A stretch of DNA of 64,000 nucleotides from Octopus vulgaris (Eukaryota), in contig OX597830.1 of assembly GCA_951406725.2 (NCBI GenBank), forward strand, positions 61,752,001-61,816,000. The letters run 5' to 3'. Below the pieces are notes generated by a model that saw only the letters and a list, made by a program, of their open reading frames with translations, was not told the origin of the DNA and made no database searches. Below are positions 13,963 to 27,899 of this stretch, piece by piece. Position numbers and translations under genes: made by a program. Positions within the stretch are counted from its first letter, which is position 1. Each line of letters begins with the position of its first letter.

Positions 13963-14138
13963 TTCTACCATATATATATACGTTTTATTTACTATTTTGC
14001 ACATTACTTAATTATTGTTATATGTGTTATCTTATATTTAATCTTTTTATAATATGTAATCTTTCTAAATGGTATTATTTAATTTTTCATTATTGAATTG
14101 ATAAAACGTGTTTTTTTTAAATTTATATATATATATAT

Positions 14139-15977
14139 GGCTCCCTCACAGACAGCCCAACTAAGATCAGTGAGATGCTGAATGACCAGTTTAAAAGTGT
14201 CTTTACCACCCCGTTGGAACACAGACAAGTGAACGAACCAGTGGACTTCTTTGCTGCCTCGCCTATAACCAGCGAGGCGGTTACAATAGAATGTATTGAC
14301 ATTAGCGAAAAAGATGTCCTACTAGCCATAAATGAAATGGACACAAACTCAGATGGTTTCCCAGCAATCCTCTTCAAAGCGTGTAAGCATGCCCTGGCAA
14401 AACCCCTCAGGATTCTCTTCCAGAGCTTTCTTGTGAATGGCAAACTACCAAGCAAGCTGAAGGAAGGAATAATATGCCCAATACATAAAGGGGGAAGTAG
14501 AGCAGTTGCCAAAAACTATAAGCCTATCTCTCTGACTTCACACATCAGCAAAGTCATGGAACGGATAGTCAGAAAGAAACTAATCGCATTCCTTGAGGAA
14601 AATAACTTGCTGAGTTATACCCAGCATGGTTTTCGACCAGGTAGGGGCTGCCTGACCCAGCTCTTACAACACTATGACTGGGTGTTGAGGCAGTTACTCA
14701 ACAAATCAAATGTGGATGTAATCTACCTTGATTTTGCAAAAGCTTTTGACAAGGTAGATCATGGTATGATATGCCACAAACTGCGTGACCTCGGCATAGC
14801 TGGAAAACTTGGAGTGTGGTTACATGACTTCCTGAAAGATAGGAGTCAGGCAGTAGTGGTTAACGGAGTCACCTCTATGAACACACAAATAGTGAGCGGT
14901 GTTCCACAGGGTACTGTCTTGGGACCACTGCTTTTTATAGTGACCCTCTCAGATATGCCCTCAAATGCCCGGATAGCCACTCTGGCCAGCTATGCAGACG
15001 ATGCGAAAGTCTCGCAGAAAACACAGAACCCCAGCGATGTTGCACACCTGCAGCAGGAGTTGGACTCAATCTACAGATGGGCTGAGGATAATAATATGCA
15101 GTTTAATGCTGAAAAATTCCAGGCCCTGCGCTACCAGCATCCAAAACTGAATATTAAACTTACAGGATACACCGGTCTACAGGGAATTTCAATCCCAGAG
15201 CCTAAGTCTGTGAGGGACCTGGGTATTGACATGAGTGATGATACCTCTTTCATGTGCACATTACCTGGATGGCGACAAAGTGCAGATGACTGGCTGGATG
15301 GATCCTAAGAACATTCAGAACCAGAGATAAGGAAACCATGATGGTCCTCTGGCAGACATTCGTCTTCAGCCGCCTGGATTACTGCTCACAGCTATGGTCA
15401 CCCACCAGTGTAAAATTAACAGCGGACCTTGAAGCAATCCAGAGAAGATTCACAAAGAAGATCGTCTCTTTGCAACAGCTCAGCTACTGGGAAAGGTTGA
15501 AACAGCTAAGACTCTACTCCCTGGAGAGAAGACGGGAAAGGTATGCAATAATATATGTTTGGAAGATCTTGGAAGGAATTGTGCCAAATTTTGGCATTGT
15601 AAGCTACACCACTGCTAGAACGGACGACACTGCATGGTGCCAAAGATCCCAGCAATGCCATCACGCTTCAGGACCAGCTTCTGCAACAGCCTGGGTTTCA
15701 AGGGCCCACAGCTTTTTAATATTCTCCCAAAGAGTCTGAGGAACTTGCACAAAGTAGATGTAGCGGTTTTTAATTCAAAGCTGGACATCTTCCTGTCAAG
15801 AGTCCCAGATGAACCTACCTCACGGCAGGAGGTGCAAATGAGAGTAGCTATATCAAACTCCATTCTTCACCAAGTGCCACATATTAGACGAGGTTCTTCG
15901 TAATAACAGTGTAGCACAAAACGGCGGTGCATCAGCATGGCCGCAGCTCTGAGCTGAAACTAGAGAAAAAAGAAAAA
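14139..15977 (+). mobile_element. 5'-truncated LINE (CR1/L2-type) with reverse transcriptase ORF2 and 3' tail
   Basis: ORF 14175..15308 has YKPISLTS, QHGFR, IYLDFAKAFDKV, SGVPQGTVLGPLLF, YADD and VRDLGI; it continues in frameshifted ORFs 15338..15739 and 15634..15903 and ends in an A-rich tail. Confidence 0.92.
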
Positions 15978-15990
15978 TATATATATATAT

Positions 15991-16397
15991 TGGCTGTGTG
16001 GTAAGTAGCTTGCTAACCAGCCACATGGTTCCGGGTTCAGTCCCACTGCGTGGCACCTTGGGCGAGTGTCTTCTGCTATAGCCCCGGGCCGACCAATGCC
16101 TTGTGAGTGGATTTGGTAGACGGAAACTGAAAGAAGCCTGTCGTATATATGTATATATATATAAGTGTGTGTGTATGTGTTTGTGTGTCTGTGTTTGTCC
16201 CCCTAGCATTGCTTGACAACCGATGCTGGTGTGTTTACGTCCCCGTCACCTAGCGATTCGGCAAAAGAGACCGATAGAATAAGTACTGGGCTTACAAAGA
16301 ATAAGTCCCGGGATCGATTTGCTCGACTAAAGGCGGTGCTCCAGCATGGCCGCAGTCAAATGACTGAAACAAGTAAAAGAGTAAAAGAGTAAAGAGT
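15991..16397 (+). mobile_element. SINE family A
   Basis: Full body and (GTAAAAGA)n tail. Confidence 0.9.
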
Positions 16398-16419
16398 ATA
16401 TATAAATATATATATATAC

Positions 16420-16502
<83 letters not shown>

Positions 16503-16504
16503 CA

Positions 16505-16594
<90 letters not shown>

Positions 16595-17319
16595 TGCGTA
16601 TATACATACATTTATGTACATAGCTACATCTATATATATATGCATGCATATATGGATACAGGACATCAAAAAAACGTTAAACACAATGAGAAACGAAAAC
16701 ATAAAAAGAAAAACATGGAAACGAACTTTTTTTCAAACAACGAAAAAACAGAGAACAAGACATACAACACAAGGAATATTCCCCTTCTTCAGTTGTCCCT
16801 GTTTCTTCTACTCCGCGTTCCGAAGGTAAGGACAAGATGCGACTTCGTTGAAACAGTCCTTCCCGCAAAGCAAATTAAATACAATTTTGGGATTTTTTGC
16901 GGTGGGGTAAAAGTGGTAACAAGAACAGGACTGTAAGAACAAAATAAGACAGTAAAAACAGTAAAAGACAGTACAAAGAGAATAACACAGTAAAAACAAA
17001 CGATGAGGGTTGTTAAGCCAAGACGATGGGAAAATTATTCTGAACGCATTAAGGAGACAGTTTATGAGAGAGACAGGATAATCGGTCTGGTCTTGGTGAA
17101 GATAGCAGTTGGAAAGATGGCTTCCCTCTGATCACGTGTCAGTGACGAGAGAGTCGAGGAGGAGGAGTAAGAGAGAGGGAACGGTGAAGAGGAGAGAAGA
17201 AGAATAGGGAAGGGTGGGCGAGAAAACCAGAAAGGATGAAAAACAAGAGAGGGAGAGAAATAGACAGAGGAGAATTAGTAAAGTTGGAGAGTGCGCATCA
17301 TAATTATTAAGATAAAACT

Positions 17320-17545
17320 TACTTTTATTCTTTTATTCTTTTATTTGCTCCAGTCATTTGACTATGGCCATGCTGGAGCACCGCCTTGTTGTCGAACAAA
17401 TGGATCCCTGGACTTATTTTTTGTAAGCCTGGTACTTATTCTATCGGTCTCTTTTGCTACACCGCTAAGTTACAGGAACGTAAACACACCAACATGGGTT
17501 GTCAAGTGATGGCGGAGTGACAAACAGACACACAAACACACACAC

Positions 17546-17627
<82 letters not shown>

Positions 17628-17790
17628 GACGGGCTTCTTTCAGTTTCTGTCTACCAAATCCATACTCAAGACTTTGGTCGACCCAAGGCTATAGTGGAAG
17701 ACACTTGCCCAAAGTGTCATGCAGTGGTAATGAACCCAGAACCATGTGGTTTGTAAGCAAACTACTTACCACACAGCCACAACTGCGCCT
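17320..17790 (-). mobile_element. SINE family A
   Basis: Full-length diverged copy. Confidence 0.88.
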
Positions 17791-17901
17791 ATATATTGGA
17801 GCAAATTTGGCTTACAGCTGTTTCCAGTAATCATTAAACGTACATAACTGATAGGCTTACTCAATTAGTCTATTGATCAATAAAGGACAATTGAACGACC
17901 T

Positions 17902-18100
17902 TTTTTTTCTTTTACCTGTTTCAGTCATTTGACTGCGGCCATGCTGGAGCACCGCCTTTAGTCGAGCAAATCGACCCCGGGACTTATTCTTTATAAGCCC
18001 AGTACTTATTCTATCGGTCTCTTTTGCCGAACCGCTAAGTGACGGGGGCGTAAACACACCAGCATCGGTTGTCAAGCAATGCTAGGGAGACAAACACACA
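17902..18100 (-). mobile_element. SINE family A, 3' half
   Basis: Matches the tail half of family A. Confidence 0.85.
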
Positions 18101-18390
18101 CATAAAATAGAATGAGAGTAGAAATTGATATTAATCAATTAAAACCAGTGGCCTAGCATATTAAAAAAATCCGAAAATAAAAATATTTTTACATACAAAA
18201 TTTAAAGGTCTGACCACTAAACTGGTCGGTAATCGTTATTATTTCGTATATTTTCATTTGTCTTATTTTTTTACGCTTTGGTTTGTGCTGAGTTTTTATT
18301 TGAGAATATATTCTTCGTGGAAAATAGCGATTTTGACGTCTATATCTAGCATGTTGACCGTCCATTTTTAGTGGTCAGTCCTTTAAATTT

Positions 18391-18423
<33 letters not shown>

Positions 18424-19282
18424 TTAGCAGACCTTCCTGTTGTTTTCATTGTCCTGTTTTTGTCACAAATCTTGAACCTCCGCAACATCGCAAATTTTAT
18501 TTAATTTGCTTTGTGGGAGCAACTGTTTTATCGAAGGCGTATCTTGTCATGAATTGCTCGAAATACGGATTAGAAATACAACCGACAACTGATGAAGGGT
18601 CGTTCCTTGTGTTGCTTGTCTTGTTTTCCATTTGTTTCTTTTGTTGCTTGCAAAAAAAAAACCTTATTCCATGTCTTCATACTTCGTATTTTTGTTGTTT
18701 ATGTTTTGTGACGTCCTGTGCCCACATATTTATATGTATATACGTATAGATGTATGTACGTATACGTCTGTATATATGCATATATATAAAAAAGAAATAC
18801 AAAAATGGGACAAGAACGCAAAACATCCAGACGGTTAGGTGATACAAAAAAATGGGACAACAAAACATCCAGACAGAAGATACAAAAAAACAAGGACGAG
18901 TCATTCGGACTTTTCTATCCTCAGTCGGGTTCCAGATTATGGCTGCAATTTCGGCTGGTTATACTCGAGATTACTCCAATCTGGCCAGCCCCAAGGAAAA
19001 ACTAAGCTAAGAGCATTAGATTCCTTGGAAGAAAGAGGCGAATTTATACGAAAACAAGGACGGAAAAAAAAACAGATATATGTTACACATATACAAATGT
19101 AATTAACAGGACATAACGGGTGTCTTTCGACTAAGGACGAATTAAATTAAGCTGGCGTGTGTGGAATTAAAGTCTTACGGCAGGGACATAAGATTTAACA
19201 GGCACAGTGAGGAATATAGATGTTGCATGGATGGTGGTCAAACCACGTAAGCAAGTATATACATACATATATATATATATAT

Positions 19283-19812
19283 GCCTCTTCTATTTTTTAA
19301 TTATTATCAATAGTTCACTGAGGAGGGTGCCGATTTCCAACAAAGATACAACGCTCCATCTTTGGAATATAGTTAACACAGACAAATTCACATTTGGAAC
19401 TTGAGAAATGTCTTGAACATTTTTATTGTTCCACTCAGATTGCACTTGTAATGCACGAATTAGCCGGTCGATTTCTCTTTCTGAAAATCCCAGTTTATCC
19501 CGATTCTCCTTTAAGCATTTACTAACAAACCTAGTACTCCAATTATTATTGGTATGAATATGAATTCCTAGTCTGGATATAGGAGTTGGAGGTTTCGAAC
19601 CAGTTGTCCATAGATATCCTCTTTTTCTTTGATTTTCAAAGAGATATTTATATCTGCGGGCAACTGACTTATATGATGGTACATACCTTTGCCTCTCTGT
19701 CCTAAACAACAATATCCGGCCTGTTATGTTTACATTTGACAGACGTTTTGATGGGAATATTCTACTAGTATTCCTTGAGTTGGTGTTTATGAATGTATTC
19801 CATAACACATGG
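19283..19812 (-). mobile_element. Second copy of the R4/Dong-type element 3' end
   Basis: Reverse complement of about 10700-11225 (FVSKCLKENRDKLGFSEREIDRLIRALQVQS); the 3' end abuts (TA)n/(TATG). Confidence 0.85.
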
Positions 19813-20042
19813 ACTCTTCCGTCGATGACGGTGTCTGAGCGTTCAACTTTTTGCCGAACGACCTGCGCAAATGGTTTGTTTATAGTTAACAAATGTGTTC
19901 GCGCCCTACAGTAGCTCACTTTCTCCATCAAATCGACTTTGTATGAACAGGTGTACCACGGTCAGGTGTCGAAGTGTATCTATACAGAAACGTGTGCACT
20001 CATATGTACACAACATATATACACATTCATATGTAATATATT

Positions 20043-20075
<33 letters not shown>

Positions 20076-20152
20076 AAGTGTACGTACAGAAGTATGTATG
20101 TATGCATAAGCCCAGTTACAACTACTGCCGGATATTACCAGTAAAGGTTTTA

Positions 20153-20427
20153 GCTGCCAATTCTGTACAAGACATTGTAGATCTTTAGCTGGGCTAAAAA
20201 GTCACATTCGATCACAGCACCAATAACAGTTAAGCTTCGTGCAATGGCCATACTTGATAACGAGGGGGCAGCCATAATATGTATGTATGTATGTATGCAT
20301 GTATGTATGTATGTATGTATGTATGTATGTATGTATGTATGTATGTATGTATGTATGTATGTATGTATGTATATATGAATGTATGTATGTATGTATGTAT
20401 GTATGTATGTATGTATGTATGTATGTA
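20153..20427 (+). mobile_element. RTE-like LINE 3' end with (TATG)n tail
   Basis: CQFCTRHCRSLAGLKSHIRSQHQ*, then a UTR and (TATG)n. Confidence 0.7.
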
Positions 20428-20936
20428 GTCGATGTTATCGACTAGATCCTTCCCCCAAAGTTTCAGGCAACGTACCTACAGTAGAAAGGATATTACATTC
20501 GTTTTAACGATACATGGTTCACAACATCATGAATATAAATAATAATAATCTAAAACTGGCTTCAAATTTCGGCACAAAGCAAGCAGTTTCGGGGGAGGGG
20601 GCTAAGACGGTTACACCGACCAGGTAATCAACTGGTACTTATTTTATCAACCCTGAAGAGATGAAGAGTAAAGTGGATTTCAGTGGAATTCAGAACGAAA
20701 AGACGGATGAAATGCCGCTAAGCATTTTGTCCGTTGTGCTAACGATTCTGCCTTAATTATCTGATGTTGCAACATATTATGTGATAAATGTTCATCTCGT
20801 CAGAAATAGGTAAAAAAAAGTAACATACATACATACATGTGTGCGTATGTGTGTGAGCGTATGCGTATATACATACTTATCTCTGTATTGACTGGTGGAT
20901 ATTTGTAAATACATGCATATATCTACACACAGGTAC

Positions 20937-20984
<48 letters not shown>

Positions 20985-20996
20985 ATATAGATATGC

Positions 20997-21066
<70 letters not shown>

Positions 21067-21078
21067 ATATAGATATGC

Positions 21079-21129
<51 letters not shown>

Positions 21130-21148
21130 CATGTATATATAGATATGC

Positions 21149-21188
<40 letters not shown>

Positions 21189-21189
21189 A

Positions 21190-21704
<515 letters not shown>

Positions 21705-21714
21705 CATTTATATA

Positions 21715-21783
<69 letters not shown>

Positions 21784-21908
21784 GTCTGTATGTATATGTG
21801 TATATAATATATATATATATATATATATAATAAAATATTAGGGAATAAATCCAAACTTACAGGGAAAAATCAGATTTAGGATTGAATCCAATTTTATAGT
21901 AAAATATT

Positions 21909-22351
21909 ATATTATATTAAATTAGAGACAAAACCACTATTAGGCAAATCATACAATGAAAAACTTAAGCCAATACATAAGATTAATTAATTTATATTAT
22001 TTAAATATATATCAAAATTATTAAAAAAGATAATTAGTATAACACTACGATCGTTTCATGGCTGTCCTATTCTTAAAAAATTCGAGTTACAGTCATTCTT
22101 CAGGTGATTTAAATATTTAGCGAGGTTTAATCAATTGATTAAACCTCGCTAAATATTTAAACCACCTGAAGAATGACTGTAACTCGAATTTTTTAAGAAT
22201 AGGACAGCCATGAAACGATCGTAGTGTTATACTAATTATCTTTTTTAATAATTTTGATATATATTTAAATAATATAAATTAATTAATCTTATGTATTGGC
22301 TTAAGTTTTTCATTGTATGATTTGCCTAATAGTGGTTTTATCTCTAATTTA

Positions 22352-22360
<9 letters not shown>
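21909..22360. repeat. 452-bp loop-less palindrome between (TA)n tracts
   Basis: Symmetry axis TCAA|TTGA at 22134/22135; two mismatches seen between the arms. Confidence 0.93.
22160..22228 (+). ncRNA. Type-I hammerhead-like motif (mirror copy at 22041-22109 on the minus strand)
   Basis: AACCAC-CTGAAGA-ATGACTGT...ACAGCCAT-GAAAC-GATC-GTA-GTGTT: intact CUGANGA and GAAA core, palindromic stem III ACGATCGT, GUA cleavage triplet. Confidence 0.7.
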
Positions 22361-22399
<39 letters not shown>

Positions 22400-22547
22400 A
22401 ATAAAGGTTACAAACCTAATTAAGGGATAGCAAAATCCTACAAAAGTACACGTTAGGTACCTATAAAAAGAATGCTGAACATTACAGTTAATAATCAACT
22501 GCAAGATAACTATATAAACCGTGGTTAATTACATATTTATTTATTAT

Positions 22548-22935
22548 AAGTTAAGAAAATAGAGATATAATTAATAAATTATTATCTATTAATTAAAAAA
22601 ATTGACAAACATCACTTACAGCTGTTTCAGTTCAAGACTGTCAGAAAATCAATTAATAAAATTAAAAATTATTTGAAAGTTGATGCCTCGTCAGAGGTAG
22701 CTTAAGATATGCCTGTTGAGTAACAGTTTGCAGCCGTTTACTCAAGATACAGGAATTGAATACCTATTTTGTATATCCTAAACTACCTCTAACGAGATTC
22801 GACTTTCAGATAATTTTAAATTTTATTAATTAATTTTCTGAAGGACTTAAATTGAAACAGCTGTAAGGGATGTTCGTCAGTTTTTTAATTAATAAATACT
22901 AATTTATTAATTATCTCTCTATTTTCTTATCTTAT
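22548..22935. repeat. Diverged inverted repeat (about 165-bp arms), each arm carrying a hammerhead-like motif
   Basis: Minus strand 22615-22700 reads CCT-CTGACGA...GAAAC-AGCT-GTA-AGT; plus strand 22786-22870 reads CCT-CTAACGA...GAAAC-AGCT-GTA-AGG. Confidence 0.7.
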
Positions 22936-22974
22936 CTTATATATAAATCTAAATTTTTCTGAACTATATATATA

Positions 22975-23180
22975 TTTACTTGTTTCAGTCATTTGACTGC
23001 GGCCATGCTGGAGCACCGCCTTTAATCGAGTAACTCGACCCCGGGGCTTATTCTTTGTAAGCCCAGTACTTATTGTATCGGTCTCTTTTGCCGAACCGCT
23101 AAGTAACGAGGACATAAACACACTAGCATCGGTTGTCAAGCGATGCTAGGGGGACAAACACAGACACACAAACACACACA

Positions 23181-23233
<53 letters not shown>

Positions 23234-23393
23234 GACGGGCTTCTTTCAGTTTCCGTCTACCAAATCCACTCACAAGGCTTTGATCAGCCCTACGCTATAG
23301 TAGAAGACACTTGCCCAAGGTGCCACGCAGTGGGACTGAACCCGGAACCATGTGGTTGGTAAAAAAGCTACTTACCACACACCCACTCCTGCG

Positions 23394-23396
<3 letters not shown>
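22975..23396 (-). mobile_element. SINE family A
   Basis: Full-length copy. Confidence 0.9.
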
Positions 23397-23459
<63 letters not shown>

Positions 23460-23796
23460 TATACTTCATATATAATTGAACTGCGGTTATGCTGATGTAT
23501 CGCCCTGAATGGTTTAGTCGATCAAATCGCCCCCAGTATTTATTTTTAAGTCTGATCCTTATTCTTTCGGTTCTTTGCCGAACCGCTAAATTGGATTTCT
23601 TTCAGTTGAACCACCAAATCTATTCACAGGGCTTTGGTCGACCTGGGGCTATAATAGGAGGTACTTGCCCAAGGTGCTGCGCAGTGAGATGAAACTCGCG
23701 ACCATGTGGCTTGACTTAGCCTTATCATACACACACATACATACACGTATATGTCTGTATATGAATATATACATATACATACATACATACATACAT

Positions 23797-23828
<32 letters not shown>

Positions 23829-23877
23829 GTGTATGTATGTATGTATGTATGTATGTATGTGTGTGTGTATGTATGTA

Positions 23878-23934
<57 letters not shown>

Positions 23935-25122
23935 CATAATCTCTACAGATCTAGTCTACAAAATTCTATTGACACCAGTTGTTGCGAAGCGAACTTGTAC
24001 ATCGTAGAGCTTTATTCTTATTTTACTTAACTTTGTATCCTTCTTTCCAAAGTATCTTGAATTGCATCAGCAGATACACGACATTCGTACAATATAACAT
24101 ATGCATATTTGTTTTTATGGTATCCACTTTTGTTTATATTTAACTTACTTGCAAAATACATATAAATAACATTAAGATTTTAATTACCAACTCAGAAGGA
24201 AACATATGTAACTATATATCTCTAGTGCATACAGTCACACATACACATCCATGTGTATATCCATTAAATCGTATTCATATATTTATGGACATGCCTTTGC
24301 GAATAGACCATGTTATTATGCACACTGGCTGCAGAACAATCTCCAGTTGCCCTTTTGTGTCAGATATTTGCTATTGTGGATTTGCTTATTATCAGAAATT
24401 TAAACTGATCACAGCAGGGTGATAATGACAGAACCAGATGTAGTAGACATTCAATAGAATTCTAAAGATAATTACAATGATTTACTGACCCATTTGTCAT
24501 GGAAAGTATGAACATCTCTAAACGTATGACAGATGAATATTCCTTACGAAGAAGAATATTAAATGTCCCATGGAGTCAGATGGATCTGACAGGTTGTATG
24601 AAGATATTTACTATAAATACGAAATATTTGAGAGAGAAAGCATCATTTCGAGGCCTGACAGAAACCATTCCGTTTGTAGCAAGTTGGGTAAGCCAATTCC
24701 TTGTTTTTCTTTCGTTTTAGGAATTTTGATTTGTTTTGAAATGTGTATCTTCAGTTATTGTTGCAGCATAATCTCATATACTTTTCGCCTATACCTATTC
24801 CTAAATATCCATACATGCTCAAGCCATAAGCAACATTCTAGTGGAATCAAGTAATTCCAAATCATCCAGATAGCCTCTACATGGACACACACATCTCCTA
24901 ATTGTAGGGCCTAAAATTCCCTCAAAAGCAAGCCAAATCTGTCTTTAAAAAGAATACATTAGATGTAGTCCTTCATACCGTTGAAACAAAATGCACGGAA
25001 ACAAATCCAGATAGCATTGGGTTAGGGAGCTGATATAACTCTGGTTACGGCAACCTGACATTAGCACAACACCAACAAGCTATATATATGATAAACACAC
25101 ATCATATAGCATCATTCTCAAA

Positions 25123-25160
<38 letters not shown>

Positions 25161-25256
25161 AAACACACACGAACACAGAGATACTTTTATATGCAGGTTC
25201 GTATGGTATGCGTGTATACATATGTATATATGTTGTATACTGAATGCATATATATA

Positions 25257-25480
25257 TTTCTTTACTACCCACAAGGGGCTAAACACAGAGGGGACAAACA
25301 AGGACAGACAAAGGGATTAAGTTGATTACATCGACCCCAGTGCGTAACTGGTACTTTATTTAATCAACCCCGAAAGGATGAAAGGCAAAGTCGACCTCGG
25401 CGGAATTTGAACTCAGAACGTAACGACAGACGAAATACGGCTACCTATTTCGCCCGGCGTGCTAACGTTTCAGCCAGCAG
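25257..25480 (-). mobile_element. SINE family B
   Basis: Matches 9205-9436. Confidence 0.88.
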
Positions 25481-25691
25481 CCTCTGCATAAACGTAAAAC
25501 CACCTAATTGCAGGGTTTAAGATTCCCTCAAAAGCTGGGTGCCACATCTGCGTATATAATATATGTAGTTTGTTGCTTTAAGGTACATGAGGTATTTTAT
25601 AAATATGCCTCTTCAAGTATCAAATCATGAAACTATTAGTAGCTTTTCGGTCTTGTATTTAATTTTATATATATATATGTATATATATATG

Positions 25692-25750
<59 letters not shown>

Positions 25751-25971
25751 GCACTAGTTTGGTCCTTTATTGTTACTTGTAAAAAACGGCTGATCGATAA
25801 ATTTGTTAGCGAAGTAACTAACCCATTAGCTAACAATAACAATAAAGGATCGAACCAGTGCGTGTGTTTATTATTATGCCCATCCAAAGGTTCAATAATA
25901 TTTCTTTCAACACACGAATACACATCAAGAATCTTGCAAACCAAATACAAATACGAACTATATATATATTG

Positions 25972-26022
25972 ACAAAACTGTCCGACGAACGGGAACGTGA
26001 AACTCCGAGTAACAGCTTTTGT
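25972..26022 (+). ncRNA. Compact type-I hammerhead-like motif (CCGACGA core variant)
   Basis: ACAAAACTGT-CCGACGA-ACG-GGAA-CGT-GAA-ACT-CCG-AGT-A-ACAGCTTTTGT: all three stems pair, GGAA loop, GUA triplet. Confidence 0.7.
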
Positions 26023-26237
26023 TAAATTTCTGCTGCTTTTAAATGAAGCATATTATTCTGCCTCTGGTATTTGAGTACTCTTTTTTTCCACCTTGTTTCA
26101 CTTTTATGTGCTTACTCCAGTATATATATATATATATATGCATGTACATAAATACATACACACAAAACAGATATACATGTGCACGTGAGCAAAAATGTGC
26201 ACACAAGCATATACACATACATAAAGGGTAAATGAAT

Positions 26238-26275
<38 letters not shown>

Positions 26276-26415
26276 TGACTTTTCTCTAGGCCTCCCAGTA
26301 TTTCTATGTATATGTATATTCTATGTTTGTATGTATATAACTGAATATGCATAGCAATGTTTGTATCTGGGTATATGCATGTGCTTACATGCGTCTTTAG
26401 ATCGGAGTCACGTAC

Positions 26416-26482
<67 letters not shown>

Positions 26483-26497
26483 CATATACACACATGT

Positions 26498-26546
<49 letters not shown>

Positions 26547-26590
26547 ACACGGGGTGGGGCTTTGGGTAAAACAAAATACAGGAGGATCAG

Positions 26591-26816
26591 TTACTCTCTT
26601 TTACTCTTTTACTTGTTTCAGTCATTTGACTGCGGCCATGCTGGAGCACCGCCTTTAGTCGAGCAAATCGACCCCAGGACTTATCCTTTGTAAGCCTAGT
26701 ACTTATTTTATCGGTCTCTTTTTGCCGAACCGCTATGTTACGGGGACGTATACACACCAGCATCTGTTGTCAAGCGATGTTGGGGGGGACAAACACAGAC
26801 ACACAAACACGCACAT

Positions 26817-26849
<33 letters not shown>

Positions 26850-27007
26850 CGACGGGCTTCTTTCAGTTTCCGTCTACCAAATCCACTCACAAGGCTTTGG
26901 TCGGCCCGAGGCTATAGTAGAAGACACTTGCCTAAGGTGCCACGCAGTGGGACTGAACCTGGAACCATGTGGTTGGTAAGCAAGCTACTTACTACACAGC
27001 CACTCCT
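26591..27007 (-). mobile_element. SINE family A
   Basis: Full-length copy. Confidence 0.9.
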
Positions 27008-27590
27008 AAAAATATTCCCCTCTTAGATTCTCACAATTATTCCTGTGGTCCTTCAGTTTTTCTAAGCCCTGCAAAAGAACTTGGTAGGTTGGGCCTCCAA
27101 CCAGGCCTTTCGCAACACTCTTAGAACCAAGAACTTTTCAGCATCCTTTCGTATGTGTATGAATACACACACACACACATATGCAAGCAAGCAAGCGCAC
27201 ATACATACACATTCATAATATATCAAAGGAATCAAAGGTCCTTACCAAGCCATATGCTTATAAGGCCAGTTTCCCAGATTCTGCGACGTATATATTCCTT
27301 CCCCGCTCCGTAGATGGGGCGCCGATCCGTCGCCAGATCAGCCATTTTTACCAGTTGAATAGACAGGTGCAACGTGAAATGATGTGAAACGAACAGTCTG
27401 GGAATTGAAACCACGATGTCACGATCATGAGTGCAACACTCTAACCATTAAACAACGGCCGAAACGCCGTTAAGCATTCTACCCGACGTGCTCAACGGTT
27501 CTTCCTGCTCGCCGCCTTAAATCATTAAAGCATTAAGCTTACATTGAGTTTATAGCTAGAGCTGACTCGTCTTTGAATTTTTGGTCTCTT

Positions 27591-27639
<49 letters not shown>

Positions 27640-27787
27640 TCTCTCCCCCCCCCACACACACACATATATACGCACAAAAATGCGTATATAAAATATATAT
27701 ATGAGTTTATATATATGTATATACATACATATATATATACACATACATACAGAGAAATATACACAGACATATATATATAAATATATT

Positions 27788-27843
<56 letters not shown>

Positions 27844-27899
27844 CATATTTATATTCTATAAATATGTACAGTAGCTAAGTAACATTGGATCCAAATTTT

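Noticed and set aside
19118-19190. Minus-strand CTGCCGTAAGACT...AGTCGAAAG as a hammerhead
   Set aside because: Core too degenerate; stems I and III unsupported.
24364-24690. Possible exon (ORF 24499..24720 with a GTAAGC donor)
   Set aside because: No recognisable domain and no compatible acceptor or frame; RRRILNVPW resembles LINE debris.
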